A DNA stretch of 64,000 nucleotides, from positions 2,040-66,039 of IMG/VR virus record IMGVR_UViG_3300025141_000072; one strand, given 5' to 3'. Positions within the stretch are counted from its first letter, which is position 1. Every line of letters begins with the position of its first letter. Made by a program: the position numbers and the translations under genes. Below the pieces are notes generated by a model. It was not told the DNA's origin and did not search any database. It saw nothing but the letters and a program-made list of their open reading frames with translations. Shown here piece after piece: positions 28,283-36,941 of the stretch. The stretch is from a virus. Lineage: Duplodnaviria > Caudoviricetes.

Positions 28283-28445
28283 GCAAGCTAGCTTGCTCCC
28301 CTCGGATACCCTACTTGACAGACGCTAATCGTGTCCGGACTTGACACCCGCATTTTTGTCCATGCGAGGAGTCGCCCCGTTACGTGGACACCGCTAGACG
28401 TTTTCGCCGCACCGACGACCGATCCCCCTTGCAAGCTAGCTTGCA
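28283..28445. promoter_or_regulatory. divergent control region with twin palindromic operators
   Basis: GCAAGCTAGCTTGC at 28283-28296 and TGCAAGCTAGCTTGCA at 28430-28445; TTGACA at 28315 and 28341. Confidence 0.6.
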
Positions 28446-28739
28446 CGATCCACGGATCGGTCGACCCGCCGATCGACCTACCGCAGGACGGCTTGCAACT
28501 CGAGGGGAGCGCCGCAACCCCTCCTGCCGAAGGGCAAGTTGCGGCGCGCCCCGCCTCCCCTGCCGCAGGACAGCTTGCGGGGGTGGTGGACTGTCGCTTG
28601 CGCTCATTGGGGGGCCAAGCCCCTCCGCGGCGCGCCCCGTGTGCACGGGCTTAGGGTATCCCGCTGCCTACATGACGGGGGCCCCGCGCGCGCCTGCAGT
28701 CGATTCACCGGTCCGTGCGCCCATGCTACAAAAGACGCC

Positions 28740-29282
28740 ATGACGTCCGAGACCTGCACCGCTTCCGCTGGCATCACCTGCTTACTCGTGGAGGACGATG
28801 CAGCGGTCGCAGGGCTAGTTCGCCGCTTCCTCCTCGACGCGCAGGTCATCATCGCGGGCTCGCTGTTCGAGGCCGAACGCCAGACTGCCACCTACGACTT
28901 CGACCTGATCATCGCCGACTCGAACCTCCCAGACGCCCGGGGCGCCGAGATCATCGAGGCGCTGCACGGCCAAGCTCCGATACTGGTGCTCACGGCCCAC
29001 GAGGACGAACGGCTGCTTCGACTGTGCATCCGGGCTGGCGCGGACGACTTCCAGTCGAAGAGCACCATGCGCCGGCAGAATCTGCGCGAGCGCGTGCTGG
29101 TCATGCTCGCACGACGACGACGCGAAGCACAGGCAGCCGCGACGGCCGGACTGGGGTCGCTGATCGATGCGCGGGGTCCGCCGAACAGCCTCTACGACTC
29201 AGAGCGCAAGTTCGCGAAGCAGCTCCTTGAGCTGGAGCGGACAACCCGCTTGTCGGTATCCCGCTTCCTTGCCGCGGGGTAG
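28740..29282 (+). CDS. response regulator receiver-domain protein
   Basis: LLVEDD, DLIIADSNLPDARG, ILVLTA, GADDFQSK. Confidence 0.85.
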   Translation: MTSETCTASAGITCLLVEDDAAVAGLVRRFLLDAQVIIAGSLFEAERQTATYDFDLIIADSNLPDARGAEIIEALHGQAPILVLTAHEDERLLRLCIRAGADDFQSKSTMRRQNLRERVLVMLARRRREAQAAATAGLGSLIDARGPPNSLYDSERKFAKQLLELERTTRLSVSRFLAAG

Positions 29283-29300
29283 CCGCGGTACAACGGAGCG

Positions 29301-29840
29301 GTGACCGAGCTGCTCGAAAAGTTGATCGACGTGCAGATCGCCGGGATCCGCGAGGCGATCGACGCTGGGTTCGAGGCGGCCAAGGAGCGGCATTCACGGC
29401 AAGAGCACGAGCTGGACACGCTTCGGGAGCGCATCAATGCGCTCCCGGCCGGCCAGGTCTCGGAGCTGGCTACGAAGCTGGCGACCTACGAAGCGCGGCA
29501 CACACAGGCGCATGATCGGCTGGAGGAGCTGCGGCGGCTCGTGCTGGGTCCGGATCTCGAATCCGGACTGCCTGCGCGGCTAGACGCGCTCGAGGCGCGG
29601 GCCCCGGCGCTCGCGCCGTTGACGGAGCACACGCCTCCGCTCGGTGAGCGCGTCGCGTCGATGGAGCTCGAAGTCGCGGAGAACTCCAAGACGACGGCCG
29701 AGCTGCGTCGGTGGAAACGGCGCGTGCTCATCGCGCTCGGCAGTGGCGGCGGCATCGGCTTCCTGGGCGGCGGCGGCATGGAGAAGCTCGCCGTCTCGCT
29801 GCGGGCCGTGGTCGAGGCGCTGACCGGTGGCGGGGGCTGA
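29301..29840 (+). CDS. coiled-coil protein with C-terminal glycine-rich hydrophobic segment
   Basis: Heptad coil, then VLIALGSGGGIGFLGGG; RBS GGAG. Confidence 0.65.
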   Translation: MTELLEKLIDVQIAGIREAIDAGFEAAKERHSRQEHELDTLRERINALPAGQVSELATKLATYEARHTQAHDRLEELRRLVLGPDLESGLPARLDALEARAPALAPLTEHTPPLGERVASMELEVAENSKTTAELRRWKRRVLIALGSGGGIGFLGGGGMEKLAVSLRAVVEALTGGGG

Positions 29841-29854
29841 GGCGGGACGGGGCG

Positions 29855-30094
29855 ATGGTCCCGGTCCGGGTGTTGCGGTTCAACGGGCGCCGGCGCGGCG
29901 GCGACTTGTACCTGCTCGCCGAATTCTGGCGAGAACGCATGCGCCCGCCAGGTGTCGCCGACGCCGTGACGGCGCTACAGATGACGTGGCCGGCCTACCA
30001 GCAGGAGCGGTCCGTGATGCTCGCCTACATCGAGACACTGCTCGAGGATCTCGGCGACTATCTCCAGAACCAGGTGGTTCTGGTGCCGGTGTAG
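29855..30094 (+). CDS. hypothetical protein
   Basis: ATG 29855. Confidence 0.5.
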   Translation: MVPVRVLRFNGRRRGGDLYLLAEFWRERMRPPGVADAVTALQMTWPAYQQERSVMLAYIETLLEDLGDYLQNQVVLVPV

Positions 30095-30112
30095 TCGGAG
30101 GTACAGTGGCGC

Positions 30113-30373
30113 ATGCCGATCGTGGACGCCCAGCTCGCGCAAGCTGACCGGAACTACCGACGGCGGTCGTCCGAGGTCGTAGGTATTCTCAGTGGGTTCA
30201 TGTGGGCCGGGCTCGGCGCCACGCTGGGTGACTTGCTCGGGGCCCCCGGAGGGCTCGACGGCATGGCCTTTGGTCTCGGCGCTGGCGCGGCGTTCGCTTT
30301 CGGCTTCGGTCTGTTCCGGCTCCATCGAGCTGAGGTCCGCGTCCGCAAAGCCATGTGGGCTCGCCGCGAGTAG
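30113..30373 (+). CDS. two-TM membrane protein
   Basis: Two Gly-rich hydrophobic helices; RBS GGAGG. Confidence 0.6.
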   Translation: MPIVDAQLAQADRNYRRRSSEVVGILSGFMWAGLGATLGDLLGAPGGLDGMAFGLGAGAAFAFGFGLFRLHRAEVRVRKAMWARRE

Positions 30374-30446
30374 CCACGAGATGCCGCGGCGATTTTGGCG
30401 GCGCCTCGCGCGCGCGTGACTGTCCGTACAGAAATTAGCTAGTCTG

Positions 30447-30472
30447 CCACACAGTTGTGTGGTACCACACAA
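30447..30472. promoter_or_regulatory. palindromic operator
   Basis: Perfect 18-bp palindrome TTGTGTGGTACCACACAA 30455-30472 plus an extra CCACAC half-site at 30447. Confidence 0.55.
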
Positions 30473-30475
30473 GAG

Positions 30476-30784
30476 ATGGACGACGAGACCACGACCACGC
30501 GTCGCGACTTCCTCCGACGGGCGACCGGCGCCTGCCTGGCCGTTGCGGCCGTTGGCGCTGGCGCACTGCCGACCGTGACGCCACCCGGAGCGGCGATCCG
30601 GAACATCGTCGTCCGGTTCAACGGCCGTGAGGTCGGATACGCGGCAGCATGGACGATCTGCACACCGTCGCCGCTCGAGCACGTCGAGCTCGATGCTGGC
30701 GTGATCGCGGACCTGGCCCCGACCTCCTACGACGTCTCATTCACTGCAAGCGGCCGCCCGCGAAAGGACAAGAACGATGGGTAA
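30476..30784 (+). CDS. small protein with twin-arginine-like N-terminus
   Basis: TRRDFLRR then hydrophobic stretch. Confidence 0.55.
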   Translation: MDDETTTTRRDFLRRATGACLAVAAVGAGALPTVTPPGAAIRNIVVRFNGREVGYAAAWTICTPSPLEHVELDAGVIADLAPTSYDVSFTASGRPRKDKNDG

Positions 30785-31046
30785 GAAGCGAACGCCAACG
30801 GATGCCGCCAAGGCCAAGCACGCGCGGAGGAAGCTGCGGCTGGACGCGGCGGCCGCGCCGCGGAAGAGGGCCGAGGGCCAGCAGCAGCGGCGGGACGCGC
30901 GACGTGCGCAGCTCGAACGCGCGATCGGCAAGTGGGAGCACCGCATCGAGGGGCTGGGCGCTTGCATCGGCGACGCGAAGCGCGAGATCGCGACGATCGA
31001 CCGGAACGCCAAGGTGGCCGCGACGCTCGCGGCGGCCGCGGAGTGA
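30777..31046 (+). CDS. basic coiled-coil protein
   Basis: ORF, RBS AAGGA. Confidence 0.55.
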   Translation: MGKKRTPTDAAKAKHARRKLRLDAAAAPRKRAEGQQQRRDARRAQLERAIGKWEHRIEGLGACIGDAKREIATIDRNAKVAATLAAAAE

Positions 31047-31049
31047 CGA

Positions 31050-31247
31050 ATGCCACGTGACGACTTCGCAGAGCGGCAGGCGCAGCGCGCAGCCATCGAG
31101 CGCTGGCGGGCGACCTTCAAGCGCGCGGGCTTCGGCGACCACGCCATCGACTTCAGCTGGGTTCGTGCGCACGTGATCAATGCGATGGGCGCAGCGGTCG
31201 AGGCCGAGTTGTATCGTGACGCGCTGGAGCGGCAGAGTGATGGGTAG
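31050..31247 (+). CDS. hypothetical protein
   Basis: ORF, RBS GGAG. Confidence 0.5.
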   Translation: MPRDDFAERQAQRAAIERWRATFKRAGFGDHAIDFSWVRAHVINAMGAAVEAELYRDALERQSDG

Positions 31248-32136
31248 AGCTGGCATGAGCGACGACGCGCTGGTCAGCTACGACAAGCTGCAGGCCATGT
31301 TGCGCCGCGACGACCTGTTGGGCGCGTCGCTCCGGGCGTCGCTCGAGCGGACCGAGGCGCTGCTCGCCGACCGATTCTTGCCGCCGCGTAGCGGCTTCAC
31401 CGTTCGACTGAAAGGGACACGCATGCTGAAACCACAACACCTACGACACCTCCTCCGTTCGTCGCGGAAGCCGAAGCGCTCGGAGGAGCGCGGGCTCGAC
31501 CTCCCGGACGCGGCCTGGCAGCTGCTCGACGACGGGGCCGAGCTCATGCTCCACGAGAATCACGGCGCGTTCGTGATCGCCGACGGTGCGCTCGCGTGGC
31601 CGACCGAAGGCAAGCCGGCCGCGTACCTCGTCGACCGCGTCGTCGCGGAGTACGAAGCCAAGCGCGCCGCTGGTGGCAGCGCCGAGGTCGAGTGGTCCGG
31701 GGAGTGGCCGGTGGAGCCCGGCTTCTACTGGTTCTTCGGGCGCCGCGCGGAGGACCGCCTCTCGGAGCCTCCGGGCCTGCACGCTGCTCAGGCACAGATC
31801 ATGGTGGAGTCGTTCCTCACGGCCGACGGCGAGCGCAAGTCGCGGGAGTTCCTGCTGGTGACGAGCGACGGGCGCCCGGTCGTCCGCGGCCAAGGCTTCA
31901 CGCACGGTATGTGGGCGCCGATTCAGGCGCCGGACGAGGACGAGCTCCCGATCGACATGCTCGCGTCGATGCCACCGCCGGACCCGCAGCAGGGCGGCGC
32001 GGTCGTGCACTGCGTCCGCGCCGGCCAGTCGCTCTGCGGCGCGCAGATCGGTCCGGGCGCGACCGTCGCCCGCGTCACCCAGCTCGCGCTGATCTCGTGC
32101 CCGACGTGCCGGGCGCAGGCGGAGCGCGTCGGATGA
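31240..32136 (+). CDS. hypothetical protein with C-terminal zinc ribbon
   Basis: PVEPGFYWF; HC...LCG...CPTC. Confidence 0.6.
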   Translation: MGRAGMSDDALVSYDKLQAMLRRDDLLGASLRASLERTEALLADRFLPPRSGFTVRLKGTRMLKPQHLRHLLRSSRKPKRSEERGLDLPDAAWQLLDDGAELMLHENHGAFVIADGALAWPTEGKPAAYLVDRVVAEYEAKRAAGGSAEVEWSGEWPVEPGFYWFFGRRAEDRLSEPPGLHAAQAQIMVESFLTADGERKSREFLLVTSDGRPVVRGQGFTHGMWAPIQAPDEDELPIDMLASMPPPDPQQGGAVVHCVRAGQSLCGAQIGPGATVARVTQLALISCPTCRAQAERVG

Positions 32137-32344
32137 CGAGCGCCGAGCGCCGGAACGCCGAGCGCGTACCGCGTCCGAGTCCCGGGCGCTTCATCCTGAT
32201 GCGGCAGGATACGGACGTCGACACCTGGCGGTGGATGCTCGTGTTCCGTGGCTACACGTACATGGCGTCGTCGTTCCTTCAGCTCGTGTGGATGTTCATC
32301 CGTTACGGCTGGGAGCGCGACGGCGCGCAGGGGAGGGCGGCACG

Positions 32345-33199
32345 ATGAACGTGGTGGAGATGGTGAAGGCGCGACTCGCCGGCGTCCGCGCCGACGGGCT
32401 CGTGAACACGGAACTGGAGTGCGGCTGCGGCCTCGACGACTTCTACCCGTGCGGCACGATCGGCATGGCGTGCAGAGCTGCGCTCTGTGACGACGACGGC
32501 GACGGCATGTTCTACGCGATCGGGACCGAGGACGCGGAGCGCGTCCGGCGGCGCCGCACCGAGGCCGCGTACCGGGCGTCCCGCGCCGAGGCGCTCGCGG
32601 AGACGTTCCGCGTCGGCGATCTGACCGAGCTTCGAGACGCCGACCACTTCGCGAGCGCGGTGCACCCGTTCATCGGGACGTGTCCCGGCTGCGAGGGGAT
32701 CCGGCACCGGCATCCAGCGGGACCGTGTCCCGACTGCGACTCGGTCGAGCCCATAGAGCCGCTGCTGCACACGCCGCCCGCGTTCGACTGGCAGGGCGCG
32801 TCTGCGCCCGACCTCATCGACTTCGGCGAGGGTCACGTCGTCTCGCTGCGCCGGTGCGACTGCGTGACGCGCGGCGAGCGGTGCATGGCGCGGACGATAC
32901 CCAACGAGTTTCGGTGCGTCGTGCACCAGCCGATCATCACGGTCGAAGACGCGCTGCGCGGTCTCGAGCCCGTAGCGTGGGACAGGCTCGGCTTCGTCGC
33001 GATCGGCGATCGGCTGTCGATGTGGACGGGCGAGACGCGGACGGTGCTGCTTACGGGCGTCGACGCCGAGACGCTGCCGTTCGACGGACCGCAGCCGGAG
33101 GGCGCCGAGGCGTACCTAGTTCCGGAAGGCGACCTGCATACGGCGGAGCGCGCCGAGTTACTCAACGGCGTTACGGCCGTCGCATTCGTGAAGGAGTGA
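32345..33199 (+). CDS. Cys-rich multi-zinc-finger protein
   Basis: DGLVN..ECGC.LDD..PCG, CPGC, CPDC; ATGA overlap. Confidence 0.65.
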   Translation: MNVVEMVKARLAGVRADGLVNTELECGCGLDDFYPCGTIGMACRAALCDDDGDGMFYAIGTEDAERVRRRRTEAAYRASRAEALAETFRVGDLTELRDADHFASAVHPFIGTCPGCEGIRHRHPAGPCPDCDSVEPIEPLLHTPPAFDWQGASAPDLIDFGEGHVVSLRRCDCVTRGERCMARTIPNEFRCVVHQPIITVEDALRGLEPVAWDRLGFVAIGDRLSMWTGETRTVLLTGVDAETLPFDGPQPEGAEAYLVPEGDLHTAERAELLNGVTAVAFVKE

Positions 33200-33201
33200 G
33201 C

Positions 33202-34401
33202 ATGGACATCTTGAACGCACGAGCCGCGATCCAATCCGTCGACGCTGAGGGCACGATGCACGTGCTCGTCGAGGTCGAGTGGCCCGAGCGCATGCGCCGG
33301 GCGGCCCGCAACTCGCCAGGTGGGCTGCCGGCGATCAGCACGGCGCTCGTCGGCGAGGGCAAGAGCACGATTCGCGGGAGCACGGCTAAGTCGCTGTACG
33401 AGTCGGCGTCGGAGCGCGACAAGCGCGAGCGTGCGGAACGGAAGCAAGTGAGGCAGGCCAAGCGCCGAGCAAACAAGGCGCTGCGAACCGCGAGACGCAG
33501 CAACACCGCGCTGCCGATCGACATCATCGTGTCCGCGCTCGGCGACCTGCCGCCGGACCCCGTCATCTTGCTGCGCTCCGACAAGCCATACCCGGCCGAG
33601 ATGTTCCGGGCGCTGTGCAAGGTGCTCTGCACCCGTTTCGGTGACGGCACGCAGGTCGTCATGCTCAAGAGCGCCGACACTCTCGACGTCGCGAGCCTGG
33701 CCGAGCTGGAGCAGCTGGCGGCCGAGATGAATCAGCGCTTCGGTGAGGTGCGCAACGAGAGCTGGGTCGCCCGCGCCCGCTTCGCGATCAGTGAGCTCGT
33801 CGCCCTCGCGGCGTTCGAAGGGCAGACGCGAGAGCTGGGTGAGGAGGAGCGGCAGCGGCACCGTCTCGGCATCGAGTCCGGGCCGGTCACGCACCTGCGG
33901 CAGCGCACGTTGGTCGACCGCACCGAGACTGAGATCAGCTTCCGCATCCGCGACGGCTTGCTGCCCCGCCTCAAGCTGGCCGAAGCCGAGCCGTGGACCA
34001 GCGAAGTGATCACGCACGGCGCCGACGACGACGACGACGGGCTCGGGCACATCCCCGAGTCCCGGCGTGCCGCGTTCCGGCCGAAGGTCCGCGAGCGGCC
34101 GCCCATACAGACCCCCATGCAGCGGACGTTCCACGTCGAGGACCTGTTCGGTACGCCGGGAGGTCCGGTGGCGATGGTCCGTCCCGGTCTTGACGTCCCG
34201 GAGCCTGGCGACCTCGTGTGGTTGGTCGACCAGCGGCAGCGCGGTGGTGGTCCCGGCAGCCTGCGGCCGTGGAAGGGCGCCAAGCTCGTCAAGGTGCTCG
34301 CCGTGCACCGTGTCGGCGGCAACGTCGAGGCCGCGAAGCGTGAGCTTCACGACAACTACGGCCTGCGCTTCGAGGTCGTGCCCGAGACGGTGCAGCCATG
34401 A
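33202..34401 (+). CDS. hypothetical protein
   Basis: ATG 33202 after AAGGAG. Confidence 0.65.
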   Translation: MDILNARAAIQSVDAEGTMHVLVEVEWPERMRRAARNSPGGLPAISTALVGEGKSTIRGSTAKSLYESASERDKRERAERKQVRQAKRRANKALRTARRSNTALPIDIIVSALGDLPPDPVILLRSDKPYPAEMFRALCKVLCTRFGDGTQVVMLKSADTLDVASLAELEQLAAEMNQRFGEVRNESWVARARFAISELVALAAFEGQTRELGEEERQRHRLGIESGPVTHLRQRTLVDRTETEISFRIRDGLLPRLKLAEAEPWTSEVITHGADDDDDGLGHIPESRRAAFRPKVRERPPIQTPMQRTFHVEDLFGTPGGPVAMVRPGLDVPEPGDLVWLVDQRQRGGGPGSLRPWKGAKLVKVLAVHRVGGNVEAAKRELHDNYGLRFEVVPETVQP

Positions 34402-34934
34402 GCAACGTGTGGAGCGTCATGGTCACGTGCGCTGGTCTCGACGAAGGCGGCAAGCTGTTCGCCGAGGCGATGCCGAACCGCTGCACCGAGTACGCGCACC
34501 GCGACTACGATGGTCCGCTGCGCGAGGTCAGTGGCGACGGTGGCGGCCAGCAGGGCTGGCACCTGGACGTCTGGCTCGGGAGCTACAAGGTCGTCGACAT
34601 CGATGAGCTGGAGACGATGCTGCGCGAGTGGACTCGGGTGTGGAAGTACAAGGCACTGGAGCCTGGCGAGCAGCGCTTCTTCGACGCGGACCTCGTCTCG
34701 TGCTTCATCTGCTACGAGGAAGACGGCGGGAGTCATGCACGTCCGGTCCAAGTCTGGCCGCCAGCTCCGACCGGCGCGCCGTGCCCGCACTGTCGTCGTG
34801 TCGACCCAGAGCCGCAGCCGCGCACGCTCACTGCGCAGGAGGCGTGCAGCGGATGCAACGGACGGGCGACCACACACGAGCCGTGTCATGCGTGCGGTGC
34901 GCATGTCGCTCCGTTGGAGGTGCACGATGACTGA
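34398..34934 (+). CDS. hypothetical protein with zinc ribbon
   Basis: CPHC, CSGC, CHAC. Confidence 0.6.
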   Translation: MSNVWSVMVTCAGLDEGGKLFAEAMPNRCTEYAHRDYDGPLREVSGDGGGQQGWHLDVWLGSYKVVDIDELETMLREWTRVWKYKALEPGEQRFFDADLVSCFICYEEDGGSHARPVQVWPPAPTGAPCPHCRRVDPEPQPRTLTAQEACSGCNGRATTHEPCHACGAHVAPLEVHDD

Positions 34935-35646
34935 CGAGACGCGCTCGAACATCGCTACTGCGCAGCAACGTGCTGCGATGCGCCGCAAGTTGTCGCCGTC
35001 GGAGCGCGCCGGCTTCGACAGGCTCCGGCCTACGTTCGCCGTCCGGGCGCGCGAGCGCAGCTTCGTAGCGCGCATCGCGGATGCGATCGCCGACGGCCGC
35101 TGCCGGGAAGGGCCGCGCGTCGTGTTGCGGTGGGATAACGGCCGCGTCTCGCTGGCCGAGCACGACCCGTCGCAGACGGCATTCAGCTACCCGCACACGC
35201 TCGAGTGGGCCGAGAAGAACGCCCGACTGCTGATGCCCGGCGACAAGCTCAAGTACGAGCTGCCCGACGACGACTGCGTGCCGGACGACATCGCTGTCGC
35301 CGCTGGCGGTGCGCTCGGCGCGCTGCATCGGCCGCAGCGTGCGGTCGAGCGCGACGGCGCGATCGGCCGCTTCTGGCGTCACGCACGCAAGATGTCCCAG
35401 TACGGGTCGCCGGCCACGTCGCTGTTCCGGCAGGAATTCCCCGGCACCGACCTCGACATTCACGGCGTCCCGCCGCCGCCGGAGCCGTACGATGACGAAC
35501 GGACCTTGCGTGGCGGCCGTGGTCGCAAGCCGCCGCTGTCGCCGTACCTGACCGATCGCGTCGGCGACGTGCTCCGGGATGAGCAACGGCGCCGGCACGC
35601 GCGCGCGCACGCGCTCGCACTCTCACACTCAACAAGGAGGACATGA
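34927..35646 (+). CDS. hypothetical protein
   Basis: ATG 34927 after GGAGG. Confidence 0.6.
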   Translation: MTDETRSNIATAQQRAAMRRKLSPSERAGFDRLRPTFAVRARERSFVARIADAIADGRCREGPRVVLRWDNGRVSLAEHDPSQTAFSYPHTLEWAEKNARLLMPGDKLKYELPDDDCVPDDIAVAAGGALGALHRPQRAVERDGAIGRFWRHARKMSQYGSPATSLFRQEFPGTDLDIHGVPPPPEPYDDERTLRGGRGRKPPLSPYLTDRVGDVLRDEQRRRHARAHALALSHSTRRT

Positions 35647-36239
35647 TGACCGACAACGACAAGACCGCAGCCGGGACCCTGCAGCCGCCGCGCACGCCGG
35701 TGCTCGACAACAAGGGCGTGGCTCGCGCGCGCTATCCGGGGTGGACCGAGTTCCGGCTGGTCGACCTCGCCGCCGCGCCTGGCATGGTCGGCTACCCGGC
35801 GCCTGGGACCGTCGACGGCGATTCGTGGACCATCCTCGACGTGTTCGAGTCGGCCGAGGTCGTGCTGCTGGGCAAAACCCGCGATGACTACGTCGCCGGC
35901 GTCTGCGCCGAGCGCGACAAGGCCATCGCCGAGGCCCACGACGCACGGTCGTCGATGCGGGAGCAGGAGCGCCAGACGTCCCGTTTCCAGACCGACCTGG
36001 CCGTGGCCGAGGACCGGTTGTCCGTCGCGGAGGCCGAGCGCCGGGCGCTGGTCAAGGAGCGGGCGCGGGACAAGGACCTGCTTTGTCTCTTCGAGGCCGA
36101 TTTCGCGACGCTCCGCAAGGAGCTGGGCGACGAGCGTCTCCGCGAGGTCGTCGGGCGCGCCGAGCCGCCGAAGCTCGAGCGCGAGGACGGCGAGCGTTAT
36201 TCGCGTACGGACCCGTGCGACGCGGCGGACCTGCTGTGA
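35643..36239 (+). CDS. coiled-coil protein
   Basis: RBS AAGGAGG. Confidence 0.65.
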   Translation: MMTDNDKTAAGTLQPPRTPVLDNKGVARARYPGWTEFRLVDLAAAPGMVGYPAPGTVDGDSWTILDVFESAEVVLLGKTRDDYVAGVCAERDKAIAEAHDARSSMREQERQTSRFQTDLAVAEDRLSVAEAERRALVKERARDKDLLCLFEADFATLRKELGDERLREVVGRAEPPKLEREDGERYSRTDPCDAADLL

Positions 36240-36475
36240 GTCGCGAGACGCCGTCGCTGCCTGCGCCTGCGCCCTACACGGACGCCGAGCTGGAGGCGCA
36301 CCAGCGCGAGGTGGAGCAGTGCGTCCGGGAGGTTCGTCGGATGCCGCGTCGCCGGCGTCGAGTGTCCGGCGACGCGCCGTGGTGGGCCAAGCTGCTGGCC
36401 GTGTTCTTCGGCCTGTCGGTCGGGGCGGCGATAGCCGATGCGATACACGGACCGCCCGTGGACCCGTGGAGCTGA
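36236..36475 (+). CDS. small membrane protein
   Basis: PWWAKLLAVFFGLSVGAAIA; GTGA overlap. Confidence 0.55.
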   Translation: MSRETPSLPAPAPYTDAELEAHQREVEQCVREVRRMPRRRRRVSGDAPWWAKLLAVFFGLSVGAAIADAIHGPPVDPWS

Positions 36476-36613
36476 ACGCCGCTGGATACCGGCCGCAAGG
36501 GGCGCTGAGCGCTCTGTGGTGCCGCTGGCGTGGTCCTGGTACCCTACCAGGGCCCGGACTGTTACGCGTAAAGGTGGGCGCGCTCCCCGCCGAGCCGAAG
36601 GGATACCCTAGTC

Positions 36614-36868
36614 GTGGTGACGGATAAGCAGATCGAGGTGCTACGGGCGTTCATGGACGCGCGCAGAGCGGACCGGCCGCCCCCGACGTTCCGGGAGCTG
36701 TGTGAGCGTTTCGGTTGGAGCTCGACGGGCACGGCGCGTGATCACGTGCAGGCGCTCGGCCGGCAGGCGCTGCTCGAGGACGTGGTCGGTGTGCGGTCGC
36801 GGCGCTGGCGGTTGACGCGCCGCGGGGTCCGGATCGCGCAGGACGCGATCGACGCCGAGGTCGGCTGA
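36614..36868 (+). CDS. LexA-like winged-helix DNA-binding protein (no peptidase domain)
   Basis: TDKQIEVL, PPTFREL..RFGWSS.GTA.DHVQAL. Confidence 0.8.
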   Translation: MVTDKQIEVLRAFMDARRADRPPPTFRELCERFGWSSTGTARDHVQALGRQALLEDVVGVRSRRWRLTRRGVRIAQDAIDAEVG

Positions 36869-36941
36869 GGCGCAAGCCGGCACTGCCGTCGCTTCTACCA
36901 CGCGCCGAGGCACCTCACCACCACTGTGATAGTCTGCGACC

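Noticed and set aside
29301-30373. Lysis cassette (holin/spanin)
   Set aside because: Membrane segments present but no endolysin or lipobox seen; insufficient support
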